64,000 bases of DNA from Epiperipatus broadwayi (GCA_028023455.1 JAQFVV010000010.1:16988001-17052000); one strand, 5' to 3'. Shown: positions 1 through 13,060, counted from the first letter of the stretch. The notes: generated by a model not told the origin, from the letters alone. A program made the numbers and translations.

Positions 1-80
1 TATTGTCAATCAATAATCATTTGTGAAAAGATTAAGCATTTGTTTTAAGAAATTTTTGCTATGACTTCTAGTACAATTAG

Positions 81-163
81 GTTTCTGCAAAGAGTTTATT
101 GCAAGAAAAGTATGGTTCATCAGATTCAGAAAAAAACTGGATTGCATGCCAATTCAAAACATG
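81..163 (+). CDS. Candidate internal exon of an unidentified host gene
   Basis: AG at 79-80, GTAATT at 164; open in all three frames (e.g. xFCKEFIARKVWFIRFRKKLDCMPIQNM or VSAKSLLQEKYGSSDSEKNWIACQFKT). No TE similarity recognised. Weak polypyrimidine tract. Confidence 0.3.
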
Positions 164-813
164 GTAATTATTGCTATTGTTATAAGACTCCTGTTGAAGG
201 CTATCTCGCAAGAAAGCAGAAATTAACCTGTGATTTTTTATTGAAATATTAACTTTTAAAAGATGAATTTTAGTTTTCTTTAAAACAAAGTTATATAGTA
301 TTTACAGCAATTAATTTTACATGAATGTAACATTTATATGTTTGATTTTTTTTGGATGCTAATTTTAGTTTTTATTATGGGCCTGGAACTAATTACAGCT
401 AAATACTATATATTTCATAATAATGACAATGAACACTCATATAATGAATGGTATTCTGGAAGTAATTATTTCATTTTAGCAGAGTCCGCTGTATTAGCAC
501 TGTACTTTCAGTGAATAATTGTTAGCTTACTTCTTAGCTATAATTTTAAATAGACTTACATCCTATCATTTTTAACTGAAACACACAGGCTATACATGAG
601 GGGTCAGATTGACCTTAGGTCAACATGGGTGTGACAAGAATCTCGGCCTCAGGGTGGCCTTTGAGCATTCCATCATCAGATTTTCAATTGGATGGACAGT
701 TGAAGAGTTGGAGCGTGAAGTAGATTGAAACCTGTCCATTAAAGTATGAGGATTGATTATCTTAATATATATCTGAGCACTTATGGCATATATGTGTAGA
801 GATGGTAATCTGG

Positions 814-857
814 ACCAACTGATGATTGCTGGTTTAGCATGAAATATGTATATTGGT
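814..857 (+). ncRNA. Minimal type I hammerhead ribozyme motif (slightly decayed)
   Basis: ACCAA-CTGATGA-T-TGCT(GGTTT)AGCA-T-GAAA-TATGTAT-A-TTGGT: stem I ACCAA/TTGGT, core CUGAUGA and GAAA, near-palindromic short stem III. Lies in a GC-richer repeat-like block at about 480-1000. Confidence 0.55.
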
Positions 858-1449
858 GAGTATTTATCTTTTCAACATATATGTGTTCAAGTGTATCAGT
901 GTTATGAGATAGTGTGGAGAGTGGTGGGTCGTGTGAAAGTCTGTGCTCATATCCCCTATATATCCTATCATTTTTATATATCTGTTTATTTTTTCTTGTC
1001 CCTTGAAAACCAATGGATTAAAAATTCATTGTAATTAAAGTTATTAAAAATGAACCATATATTTATTGGCATCATTATATAATAAGTGGATGTATTTGAT
1101 ACACACTGGATTTAATTTAAAATATTCGATAAATAAATTATATGTATAAATAGATATTATGTCTTTTAATTGTTTATTGTAATTGAGATTATATATTAAG
1201 AGCTTTAAAATGGATAAAACCATATTTTAATTTGTTAGTTATACATATATAATTATATGTATAGACATAAAATTTTTTCCAGTGAAAAAGTAGCAGGATT
1301 TCATTTCAAGTTATCTACAGCATCATCACTGAATTAACATATTATGTAGCAACATAGTTTTGTTATTTACTACAAAAATTTTAAGATGCTAGCCTGTCTG
1401 GATTAACATGAAATATGGCACTGTGCCTCATACTTTTGTAAATATCCAT

Positions 1450-2432
1450 AATGTAATATTGTGCAATCAAATTTTGTTTTAAATTAGGGAAAACTGCTAC
1501 TGAAACATTTGAAATAATTCAGACTGTGTATGGTAGTGAAAGTGTGACACAAAAAGATTTTCAAGTGGTTTGCAAGATTTTGTTGCAGCACAGAAAGCAT
1601 TGGAGACAATCTAAGCCAAGTGCATCAAAAATAAAACGAAGTTTAAAAAATATGCAAAAAGTTTCAAAATTCTTCAAATTGATCACTGAGTTTATACCAT
1701 ATTCATTGAGGAATTCATTAATATTTCCAAAATCACTGTCCATAATGTCAATGGAAAATTTAAAAAAATGGAAGGTGCTCATGCATTTGTGCCACAATTG
1801 TTGGTAATTGATAAAAAAAAAACCCCAGTAGAGTGAAACATTACATAGATATGCAAAGAACTACAACTATGGATCTGAAATTCTTGTCAAATATTGTAAC
1901 AAATGATGAAATGTGGTGTATCCAATAAGACATTGTCGGAAACTGCGAAATGGAAATAGGCAGAAAAAGAAAAACTAAAAAAAAAAAAAATGTGAACGCA
2001 AAAGAATCAAAATTAAAACATTGCATGTTTTTGAATCATTTATAAACAAAAATTTTGCATAGGTGACTTGAATGCCACAAACAAGTTCTTGATCATTGTT
2101 GCATAATAGCATACTGGCCCAGTGCCAAGATTGTGCACAAGTTTTTGGCCAAAACAACAAACATATTCTTCTGGTTTAACTCCTGCTAATTTTTGGATAT
2201 TTCCAAAATCAAAGTTGTTTATAAAAATGCATATTGTGGTTTAATTCAGGACACTAGAAACATGACAAAATTTCTGCAGATAATTCCGGAAGATTTCAAG
2301 GATTGCTTCAAACAGTTTTACAATCATTTCTAGAAAGATACACAATGAAACAATTTAGAATAATCAATAAGTAAACAAAATATAAATAATGCCTTGTGTT
2401 TTATTTTATATCTTTTATTGGAACACATTGTG
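1450..2432 (+). mobile_element. Mariner transposase relic (frameshifted, stops)
   Basis: From 1460 CAIKFCFKLGKTATETFEIIQTVYG; later AFVPQLL, FLSNIVTNDEMW (DDE first Asp region), GLTPANFWIFPKSK (YSPDLAP-DF-LFP-like). TIR-like end then TA at 2433-2434; left TIR not found. Confidence 0.85.
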
Positions 2433-2689
2433 TATTTATGTATAGACAGCTAAATTTCTTTAAAATGTATAAATATTATATATAAAATTATTATTAATAA
2501 ATATTATTTGTATTAAAATTATATCTTTTCACAGTGATAAAGACTGTTAATCAATTAAAATTAATAGTGAAATTAAATAAAAAAATATAAAAAGCATTGC
2601 ATTTAAGTGCATAGGAATAGTTCTTAAAAATTTGTGAATGGAAAAAATGAAATAATATACAGAGAAAAAATTAAATTTTTTTTAGGTTA

Positions 2690-3950
2690 AATACTAAATG
2701 TCTAATGATAAAGATGTACCAGATGATTGGAGGGATGCAGTATTATTATTTTAAAAAGCTGATAAAGAAGATATTAGAAATTATAGAATTGTTACCGTAT
2801 CTTATCGGTTCTATACAAAATTTTTAACAAAATAATTACAAATCATCTGCAGCTTTAGATTTTAACTAAACAAAAGAATAAACTGGATTTAAAATGGTTT
2901 TAGTACAGTGAATCATATCCAAATACTGAGAAAAAATATTAAAAGGACCAATAAATATGAGTTGCCATTATGCTTTGGATTTGTAGATTATGAAAAGGCA
3001 TTTGATTGCACAAACATATTTTCAGTGATTAAAGCATTCAATCATCAAGATATAGATCCAATATATTGTCATACTCTGAAGAATATTTATAAAAATGCAA
3101 CAACAACAATTAGATTATATAATGATACTATGAAAGTTAACATTGAGAAGGGTGTATGATAGGGTGACTCGATATCTCCAAAACTTTTTATAGCAGTTTT
3201 GCAAAAAGTATTTTGTGGATTGAATTCGGGAGCTAAGATAATAAAACTATATGGAAATTATTTAAATAATCTAGCTTTTACAGATGATGTAGTTGTTGTT
3301 TTTTTCCAAATAATGCTTTAGAGATTCAGGAAATATTGCCAGAATTATCAGTTGAAAGCAAGAAAGTAGGATTAAAAATAAATGTTAAAAAGATAAAAGT
3401 AATGTTTAATGAATTTTAAAAAAAAATGAAAATAAAGATTGATTATGATGAGTTAGAAGAAGTTAACAACTACAAATACCTTGGTCAGATTATTACTACA
3501 GATGGAAACATAATGGATGAAATTAATCATAGAATTAAACTTGGTAAGGAGTTCTTTTGATAGAAATAAATATTAAAAGGAAATATGCCTATGTGATTGA
3601 AAAGAAAGATTTTTAATAAATTTTTTAACCATTCTTATTTATGGATCAAACTTCAGACCATTCAATGAAGTATGGAGATATATATGTTAGGAATAATAAG
3701 AGATTGAAAATGAAATCAAAACAGATATAATTGACATCATTGAAAGAAGAGATCATAATAAATGGACAATTGAAATTTAAAGTGGATTCTGAGAGAATGT
3801 AAAAGACCCAGAAAAAGACAACCTATGATGAGATGGATGGATGAAATAAAAAAATGTGCTGTGAAGCAGAGAGGCTGGAGATCGGAGATGGATCGAACTT
3901 GGAATGACTTCATCCTACAATGGATAGAGGTTGAAAATGATGATAACGAT
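2690..3950 (+). mobile_element. RTE-clade LINE, 5'-truncated, decayed RT and 3' end
   Basis: VPDDWRDA, LPLCFGFVDYEKAFD, GDSISPKLF, LAFTDDVV, YKYLGQ, RWMDEI; ends FILQWI plus TGA-type tail. Confidence 0.9.
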
Positions 3951-4511
3951 AGATATATAATTATGAGATATAAGAAAAGAAAATTAATAAATTGGTTAGA
4001 GAAGCAAAAAAGTTATGGAAAATAAATAAATAAAACATTTTAAGAGTAACATAAGAATAATATATATATATAAAATAAGAAAGGATGTATTATAATTCTA
4101 GAAGAAAGAAATTTTAAATAACAAAGAGAGAGAAGATAAATAAGACATTGGACTGCAACTATTTAAGTGGAGATGGGAGGTATAATATCAAGCATTTATT
4201 TTTGAACTATAAGATACTGTATTGAAAATAATTAGGAAAAAATGTATGAGGAATAAAATAAACTATATTGAAGGGAAATTTAAAATATATATATATTTGT
4301 CTTTGTAACAAAGATAACGAATAAAATAGAACATGTATTATAATTAAAAACGGGCTTTTATTAAAATAAGAAACGAGAAGAAAAAATATGCCAATGCTGC
4401 AGAAAACATTTGGCAATTGTAAATTAAAAGTAGATAAATGAAGATAGAATTCGATTTTTTTAAAAAATAACATTTAAAAGTTTCAGAGTAAAATATTTGG
4501 GTATATGTATG

Positions 4512-4949
4512 CAGGGGTGATATTCAAAATGTTTAACTACAGATATGCTAAAAAAAAAAAAAGATAGTAGGTAAATAAATAATATTTACTGTATTAATAT
4601 TATTTTCAGTTTTATTGAGAGATTTAAAAAATTATTATAAATAATCACTCAAAAAAATATGTGTCAGTGTTAGTTAAAGAACAACAAAATAATGTTCTTT
4701 AACTAATGCAGCATCCCAGATTGCAGCGTGGTTGAAACTGACAGGTCTAAATTAACTAAATTATAACATATTAAAGATGTAATTAAATATAAAACATATA
4801 CAATTTTTTTTATATATACTTGGAATTTAAAAAAATGTCACAATCCATTTATTATTTTGTAGGGTTTATTTTAACAACAGGTACCTAAAACTTTAAAAAT
4901 TTTAACAGGTACAGCCATACCCGTACATACCCATTGAATATCACCTCTG
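4512..4949. mobile_element. hAT-like MITE
   Basis: 16-bp TIRs CAGGGGTGATATTCAA (4512-4527) and rc CAGAGGTGATATTCAA (4934-4949). GGTATATG on both flanks (4500-4507, 4950-4957), the left one separated from the TIR by an extra TATG. Confidence 0.6.
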
Positions 4950-5639
4950 GGTATATGGCTTATATTCAAAAAGTTCTGCCATTTTTTTTTTTAATCTAAT
5001 TCATATCACATTCTATCTATGAAAAACAAAAGTTATAGCATGTAACTAGTTTAAATAAATTATAAAAATCATTTATATTTTATTTAATTTTCCTTTTTTA
5101 TTCTTTATGGTGCAAAACTTATATCTTAATCATGAAAATACAGCATATTTGAAAGTATTTTTTTCTTTTCTTTATGCCGATATTAACTATCAATGCAGCT
5201 AGTCTTCAACTATCATAAAGTGATTAATTTTTACATAAACTAAATTTCAAGTATATATTTTCTCTTCAGAAAAATGTTTACCATTAGTCATGGTGCTTAT
5301 TACAAAAATATTTTGTAACAAATACAAATAAACAACATAGTGACATAAAATTTGTTCACACATTATGGCATACATAAGAACTAAGTGCTGTGTTGAACTA
5401 TGCATTATATTTTTCAAATTTTTTGCATTGTGTTGAGAATTGATTACTTGAGCATGGATGAACATAGGTTTAAGTAAGAAGAGGATTAACTATACACAAA
5501 AGAATATTCTGGGATTTTATTATCCAGCAATCCCAATTAAACTTTAACATTATTCCTATGTGTATTTGCCCTTAATTACTTGTAAATTCAATGTTCATGT
5601 TTTTTTATAGGAACTAATTAATGAGCAATGGAAACTTGA

Positions 5640-5750
5640 AGTGATAAGAGAAAATAATCTAATATGACTTTGTGCAAAAATGGATAATAACTACTAAGGG
5701 TAATGGAATGGATCCCAATTCAGAAAAAGGACCCAATAAATATATAAATA
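5640..5750 (+). mobile_element. Short LINE 3' coding fragment
   Basis: RVMEWIP motif resembling the KRVTEWIP..KR..GRP end of RTE/L2-type ORF2. Confidence 0.35.
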
Positions 5751-8269
5751 CAACTCTATAAAAAATATAATGGAATGACAGAAGAGTATATAACTTAAGC
5801 ATTAGATAATAATGAAAGGTAGTCTAAACAAAATATATAACATTCCAAATGGTTAACAAAAAAAAAGGGGGGATATCTGCATAACAAGCACACAAATGAG
5901 ATATGTAATGGTTTATAGAATGAAATATTAATAATGCATCATATGACTTTTCTGCTTACTAATAATATCTGCACTAGAAGTATTTCCATCTATTGACTCC
6001 ACTCCACAACATACCGTTCAATGGCCATTTATTATTTGTGCTTATAATTGATGGCCTTTGGAGTAAAAATAATTAGAGTGCAGAATGAAATATTTATAAA
6101 ACACTATGTTGATGTTAGATTGTGATATTATTCCATATTCATAAATGAAAACTTTTCAAGTCAGTACATAAATTAACATTATCTAACACTATAAGTTAAA
6201 TGTATTCTTATACTCTGCCAATGTCAAGAAAGTTATTTATTTTCACATCACTATCAAAGACCTAATTAGATTAGCTATGAACTGGCTGCCAAAAAAAAAA
6301 AAATTAAGTCTGCTTGTGATTTAAAAAATATTTCGAGCTTCATCCAACCTGGCTTGGATATGATGAGCAGATGCACTAAGTCCAACATATCATAAGCCCT
6401 TTCAAATTTAAATGCATAACATGATGTTTCACAGCCATTAAAATTGTAATTTCATATGTTAATAAATGTAATTTCAAAATAAAATATAATATTTCAAACT
6501 CTCAAAACAACAAATTTCTATAACTATATAGTCATTATCATTAACAATTATTTATAAATTAATATAGTCAATTAACAAAGGTAGAAAAAAAATCCAGATA
6601 AAAATGAAAATGCACAAAAAAATAATTTCATTGGCACAACTAGCCAGAAAAGTAATCAGTAGCACTGCATAAGATTCATGATAACCTGACATTTAAAGAT
6701 TTATATGATTGAAGACAGTAAGGTAAAAATATACGTAAATGAAAAAAAGAAAACAATGATTTAGTTATAAATGTTAGCAATAATTATTAGTGAATTAAGT
6801 TAATAATATAATAGATGTTTCATTCAATCACACATATACATACACACACACATTTTATAATTATTTAAATGTGTATTTGTGACATACATATTATAACGGA
6901 AAATTAAGAGTGGAAAAATGTGTAAATAAATGAACAACCAAATATGAAGATTTTTTTTTTTATATTTGCAAAATTTTAAATATAAATATCTCTAAAGATA
7001 TGATTTTAAAACTAAATAGAAATATCACAAATTCCTAAATATTTAATCTGAATAAGAGGAATAGTTTGGAGAAAAATACCACATATTAAGAGGAAAAAAG
7101 CATTTATGACACAATACCTATACCTGATGCTTTTAACTTTAGATTTTCTTACTTGAAAATAATGTTAGTAATTAAATATATCTTAAAATAGTATCGCAAA
7201 AATATACTATCTACTCCAGCCATTACCTTACATCTATTCCATTCAACTAGCTGAGTAATAAGAAAAAATGAAAACAAAGATCAGATTTGATTTAGAAACA
7301 TGGCTTTATTACAACATAAAATTGCAGATAAAAACATAGGACTACTTCTACTATTACTATTACAATAATAATACCAACAATAACAAATAATAATAAAAAA
7401 CCTTTGGGCAATAAAAAAACGTTTGCTACATCTCAAGTTTTATTTGATGGATTATTAGAATTAAGTAATAATCACTTTCTTGATAAAATATAAGAAATAC
7501 ATTACAAAATTATAAATTTGCAATGTTGAGACACTACTGCAAAGCATCATATTAAAAAATAAGTAGAAATATTCATTTCTCTGATAAACCTATTGAATTA
7601 AATTCACTTCCTGTATATCAAGTATGAAGATATGGGCTCACACTGCTTAAAATAATCCTAATAAATTATAAACTAGATGTTATAATATTATGCAAATATA
7701 TCAATAACTTTATCTGACTGCATAGGTGGGTAGGAATGTACCTTTTCATCATATGATAAATAATTCTAATAAAAGCCAATATTCTTTAAGAAAAAAAAAA
7801 ACATATCTAAAGATACCAAGGCAAAAACAAAAGCATTTCACAAAAAGCTTACACGATATAATTACTTATATTGCGTTTATTTTTCATAATTGTCCATGCT
7901 TATGGGATTCACTTTTTTCCTACAGATACTTATATACCCAGAATGCTCTTTAATCTTATGACTTCTTAAGACAAGAGCATGTATATACTATCTATTATTT
8001 ATTTATAAAAAGAATACCTTTTTTTTCTTCTCATTTTTATTTAATTTATGTCTTGATTTCTTATAGATGAATACTAAACAATATTTCATATAACTGAAAT
8101 ACTTTTCTAAGGGAGCTAATAATATTATTATACATTCATAATGTAAAGACAACCAAATAGTCACATAATTCATTAATTTTATATAGTCTATCCTATTGAT
8201 AATAGTCAATTCAAGAAAACAATTTCCTGATTAAAAGATCTGTCCAATTTTCTGTTTATGACTTCAAAT

Positions 8270-8408
8270 ATCATCATTATTTGCAACCATTATCGATCCA
8301 CTGCAAGATGAAAGTCTTTCCAAGTTCAATCCATCTTCTCAGATCTCTAGCCTCTTTTCTCCACATCACCCCAGCATACTTCCTTATATCATCCATCCAT
8401 CTCACATA
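8270..8408 (-). mobile_element. RTE LINE 3' end fragment
   Basis: Closely matches 14420-14560 and the rc of 21570-21695; ends in TGA-repeat tail. Confidence 0.85.
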
Positions 8409-9127
8409 ATATCTGTTAAATATAAATGCATGCTCTATCTTATACAAAATTTTGAATTATGATAATCTTAAGAATTATTTTCTTTCATATATTCAAACCA
8501 AAATTATTCACACAGCATTTCCAAATAACAGAATAAATATATGCTTGTTGATTAGTAGTAAATAAAGTGTATCTATTTAAAGGTACACAAAATAAAATAA
8601 CAGAAATTTTTTTAATTTAAATCATTTTGTATGTCAAATGAACACTAATAAACCTAGGTTTTCAATATTTTCACTTAAATAACACATAAAAAAATTTAAG
8701 TTTAAAATTCTATCTACTTTTCTTTTTTAATGATTAATATTATTTTAAAATTCATTTCCTTTCAAATTTCAAGTAAAATACAGCTGTAAGTAAGATGCAT
8801 ATTTCCATTCTTCATAAACAGTTCTAGGATGATAGTATATAATCATAATATTTAAAAAGCCTCATAAAAACGTTGGAGTGGGGTTTAAAAAAAAAAAAAA
8901 TCGGTGTAGTACACCGAAGAATGAAAAGAAACAATTATATTTCACTGCAGATGTTTCTTAAATAAAAAAACCAGACTGTGAAAATCCTAGAAAGGTAGAG
9001 GTTGATGATTTGGGAGCAGTTTTTATTTCAATTTTACCCTAACAATTCTGGATTTATTCACAAGTTTTATTCAATTGAGTGCTTAAAAAAAAAACAACTT
9101 AAACTTGTCTATATGGAAATATAAGTT

Positions 9128-9440
9128 ATAACTTTATCTTCCCTATTGCATTGCCAAATTCTTGTAATATTAATATCATCTATGTTCTTTATTACTTTTT
9201 ACAACCCACTATTGACAGTTTTGATTGCCCCAGCAATCTTCTTCTGGACTTCTACTTATATTTCCAAATCTAAGTATAAGTTAAAAAAAGGCAAAACTCT
9301 CCATACAGTAGAAATGGTGATCATGTGGTGCTAAGTAGAAGTTCTGAGGAAGATTGCTGGGGCAATCGAAACTGTCAATAGTGGGTTATAAAAAAGCATT
9401 GTAAAAAGTAATAATGAGGATAGATGATATTAATAATATA
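9128..9440. mobile_element. Penelope-like short insert with long inverted arms
   Basis: 12-bp direct repeat GAAATATAAGTT at 9116-9127 and 9441-9452; inverted arms 9168-9258 and 9332-9435; the loop carries the GGCAAAACTCTCCATACAG module also at 16.9/17.2 kb and 57.4 kb. Confidence 0.6.
9341..9379 (+). ncRNA. Minimal hammerhead ribozyme motif
   Basis: CTGAGGA-A-GATTGC(TGGG)GCAATC-GAAAC-T-GTC: intact core, perfect 6-bp stem II, GUC triplet; stem I only about 3 bp. The mirror copy in the left arm has a mutated core. Confidence 0.6.
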
Positions 9441-10039
9441 GAAATATAAGTTGTTGTTTTTTTTTTTTAAATTAATGACACTTCCATACCGGCCTTTAAT
9501 GGTAACATACCTAAAATATTGTGCCTCAATAGGTCATTTATAATGCTGAAAATTTTTTTAGAATGCATATACTTCAACCAAACCTAAAAAAAAATATTCA
9601 AAAAATGTGGATGCAATTTAAAAAAAAAGCAAATACAAAATGAAATAGCTGAACTGCAATCTTGTAATGAAAGAAATGTGTTGGAATCATTTATCAACAT
9701 AACAAAGAACTTAGCTATAACTATTAATAAATACATACAGATATATATATATATTTTAAATTATTTATTTCACTATTATACAGATTAAACTTTAATAATA
9801 TTAAAAACATTATATACTGGTAGGAAGCTAAAACAATGCCTGAAATCATTGTTGATACAGAAATGACAATGGCATAAAGAATAACACATATGAGAAGAGA
9901 AACAATTGATGGTTGCGTTGACGTTTCACATTCTATTTAGTTTTGCACTTCTTTATATCATCTGCAAATTCAATTTTTTTTTTCACAGCTCCATTAACAA
10001 ATTCAACTGTAGTTTATTTCTTTCTCATATTTATCCATT

Positions 10040-10870
10040 TGACTTTCTAAAATAAGGGTTATAATTTGATTTTGGACAACTACTTTATATTTGGTCTACT
10101 TCATAAAAATCAATTAGTTTTTCATAAATATTAAATTTTTGTTTAAATAAAAAAAGTGACCATATGGGATGATCTATCAAACTAAAAATTGAATTAATTT
10201 TGTTTTGTCTTAATTTTATTTTTCTATTAGTCAACCTACTAAATATATTATACATACAAAGAACAATAATCAAATCAGAAATAAATACATCATTTATCTG
10301 TAACTATCTATCAGCTATCACAAAATATAATAATTTCACTGTATTGCTAGCTTTTTAATTAAAAAGTCAATAAGAAAGAATAAATTTACACAAATTTTTA
10401 AAGATAGAACAATGTCCAAAAAGAAATATGTCATTTTCAAATCAAAAGAACTTTGAAATTTTAAAGCAATCAATTTTGTAAGCCCAAAGGAGATATCCAA
10501 AGAAAACTTACAATTAAGCTTTTTTAGAAATTGGGGGAAGAGTAGGGAAATAAATACTACTAACCCCCAAAGAAACCTGCCAATGAAACTAATGGTAACA
10601 GGTTTTAGATTACACATTGAATTTATAAATTGAGTTGTAGGTACTATTATTACTAAATCATTTTTATGAAATCTTCAAATAGTCAATCGACTAGTCACAT
10701 TCCAGTATTGTTTCATAATGTCAAAGCAATGTTTAAAGAATTAATAAAAAATAAAAATTGAAATGTAGATAGCTGATCAGATGATATAACAAATACGTCA
10801 TTTATCTGTAACTATCTACCAGCTATCCACAAAAAAAGCATGATTTCACCTTATTACTAATTGTCAAAGT
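10040..10870 (-). mobile_element. Penelope-like element relic (GIY-YIG endonuclease)
   Basis: Minus strand with frameshifts: Y-VG-LTNRKIKLR, SLIDH, GHFF. About 65-bp direct repeat at 10285-10350 and 10792-10860. Confidence 0.5.
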
Positions 10871-11148
10871 ATCTATAGACATCCATATTTAGATAAGCAT
10901 ATATAAGTGCAACTTTTAAAACAAATTAAGGCTGGATAAACAAATACTTCTTTTAACTTTATCATCAATATATAGAAAAATTCTTATGCATAACACAATC
11001 TGGAAATATTATATAAAGAATAATCAACATTTAATATTAAATGTTAAGCTATTCTTAATATAATTTTCCCAGATAGCTTTATGGAGGATTTTTTTTATCA
11101 TATATATAAAAATTAATTCAATATATATAAAAAGAAAAAATATGTGTA

Positions 11149-12117
11149 CATCTGAATCTTGTTTTATGCGGTAGATAGGTTCCACAGAAAACCCGCATTA
11201 AAAAAAATCGCACAAAAATAGACTTAACTTACCTTGAAAAATGGGAGATAGGTGGTGTAATTTTTAGAATTCACATAAAAGCAAAGCAATAAGGAAAAAT
11301 TACTTTAAAATTTGCATTAAAAAAATAAGCAAATAAAGTATGACTAATAAAAAATTTCAAATATTTTGAAAAAAATAATATAAGACAAACTTTTTTATGT
11401 TTTTTATTAATTACAGTATTTAATTTTACATTTTTCATACATATTTTAATCATTAGCACTAGCATTCATTTGTAAACTGATAAGAAATCAGATTCAATGT
11501 GATGTATTGTGGCTTCTCCTTAAACAAAGTCAAGAATCTCTCAGCAATTATGCCCAGAAAAACCTGTTAGCCACTTTATTTTTATTCGTGATGTGATGTA
11601 CAACTAGCGCCAATTTCCAGTCTTGTGCTGTCTTAATGGTTTTCTGTTTCTATATTAAAAAAATGAGATCTTAATCAAAACAAAAAGATTATACATTATC
11701 ATTAGAAAGATTATTTTCAGTTTATAAAATCTTCGTTTTTTATTTTAAAAATCTAAAAGATTATTTATTTCTGTTATATATAACAAAATACATTTTAAAA
11801 GTTTAAATTTTTTGAATATTTATTGCGATATTTTTATATGTAAGTATAAATCTATTATTATATTTACTCATTAGTATAAATAGGTTATTTACATAGAAGC
11901 TAAATACTGCTTCGGGCCATATTCATGTTAGCTGCTAATATAACTTTATATTTTTGAAATAAATAAAAAAGTATTTCAAGTCAAAATAAGTCATTAACAA
12001 TTTAAATTTCCTGATATCTAATAAATATAGTGAAATATGAAAGATATTAAGAAGAAACATGAATCGCATAACTTCAAAATCATGTTAAAATAATCCGCAT
12101 AAAACAAGACCCAGGTG
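11149..12117. mobile_element. Tc1/pogo-superfamily non-autonomous element
   Basis: 23-bp TIRs CATCTGAATCTTGTTTTATGCGG and rc CACCTGGGTCTTGTTTTATGCGG (20/23 match), TA on both sides (11147-48, 12118-19). Confidence 0.78.
11507..11590 (-). mobile_element. 3' tip of the CCHC-LINE family nested in the MITE
   Basis: rc matches 42834-42920 (about 85% by eye); flanked by 10-bp direct repeat ATGTGATGTA (11497-11506, 11591-11600). Confidence 0.78.
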
Positions 12118-12199
12118 TAATTCGAAAATGCATTACATTTATTATAAGATTAAATTATATGAATCAAAATTTTTTACCCAAGTTTATATTTTACTTGCG

Positions 12200-12685
12200 T
12201 TGTTATATATATAATATTATAAATGATGTCTGTATTTCTTCAAAGCAATATACGGAATCTTATAATTAAATATTAGTAAATACAGTAATCAAAAATTTTG
12301 AAAAGTGCAAAAAATATAATCATCACTTAGGAGTGCTTTCGACTATCCTCGTAGCCTTTGTCAACTAATACTTTGAAAGATTAACCTTCACATAATCCTG
12401 TAATCTTAACATTTGCTGCTTGCCTATTGATTAAGTCCTGCTTGTATTTATATATTAGCATAGCTTCCTTTATTTTTCTTTTATTGTTATTTCTCTCAGT
12501 TTGCAATATTTTTATATTGTTATAATTGAAATTAAAACCATATATATGCATGATTTATTATGGTCACAAAAAACGGAAGCAGATGCATTATTATTATCTT
12601 TACAATTTTCTTTCATATGTTGAACCCTTTTTAATAAAAGTAAGTGATCTTTAGTTCTTTTCTCCAATGTATATTTTACTAGATA
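12200..12685 (-). mobile_element. Penelope-like element 3' region: GIY-YIG relic plus decayed hammerhead
   Basis: Minus strand KIYIGE-TKRSL, VFCDH, GFNFNYNNIKILQTERNNNKRKIKEAML..LINRQ. Downstream TTGACAA-A-GGCTA..TAGTC-GAAAGCACTC at 12327-12368. Confidence 0.7.
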
Positions 12686-13060
12686 ATTGCTGCTTTTCTG
12701 TACCTGTCATTCATGTTGCAATTTAATAGTAAATCAGTTATGTTCTTATATATTTTTTTCAAATGTGAACTATCTTCAAAACCTGTTAATATTTTTAAAT
12801 GATTTACAAGTTCTAATTTAAATTTATTAGAAAGTTTCCGAAGGTTAGGAATATCAATTATGAATACTGTTTTTCTTAATAATTTTTGATTCTCTATTTT
12901 GCATTAACATGGATCTTACATCTCACTAATTGATGATCACTTCCTGTGTTCAATTTATTAAGAACATTATAACAGCAACAATTTTCTCTCTTTGTGTTAT
13001 TAAAAAAATATGACTAATATTTACAATTGTTAATATCGGCAATTTTATATTTCCATGCAT
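12680..13060 (-). mobile_element. RTE LINE endonuclease-region fragment
   Basis: LNKLNTGSDHQLVRC (APE SDH motif); nucleotide similarity to 19730-19940. Confidence 0.75.

Noticed and set aside
694-737. Second hammerhead (TTGAAGA...GAAAC)
   Set aside because: The core is mutated and the stems cannot be arranged in a valid topology.
8885-8917. Rho-independent terminator on the minus strand
   Set aside because: Eukaryotic context with no upstream gene; kept only as a hairpin observation.
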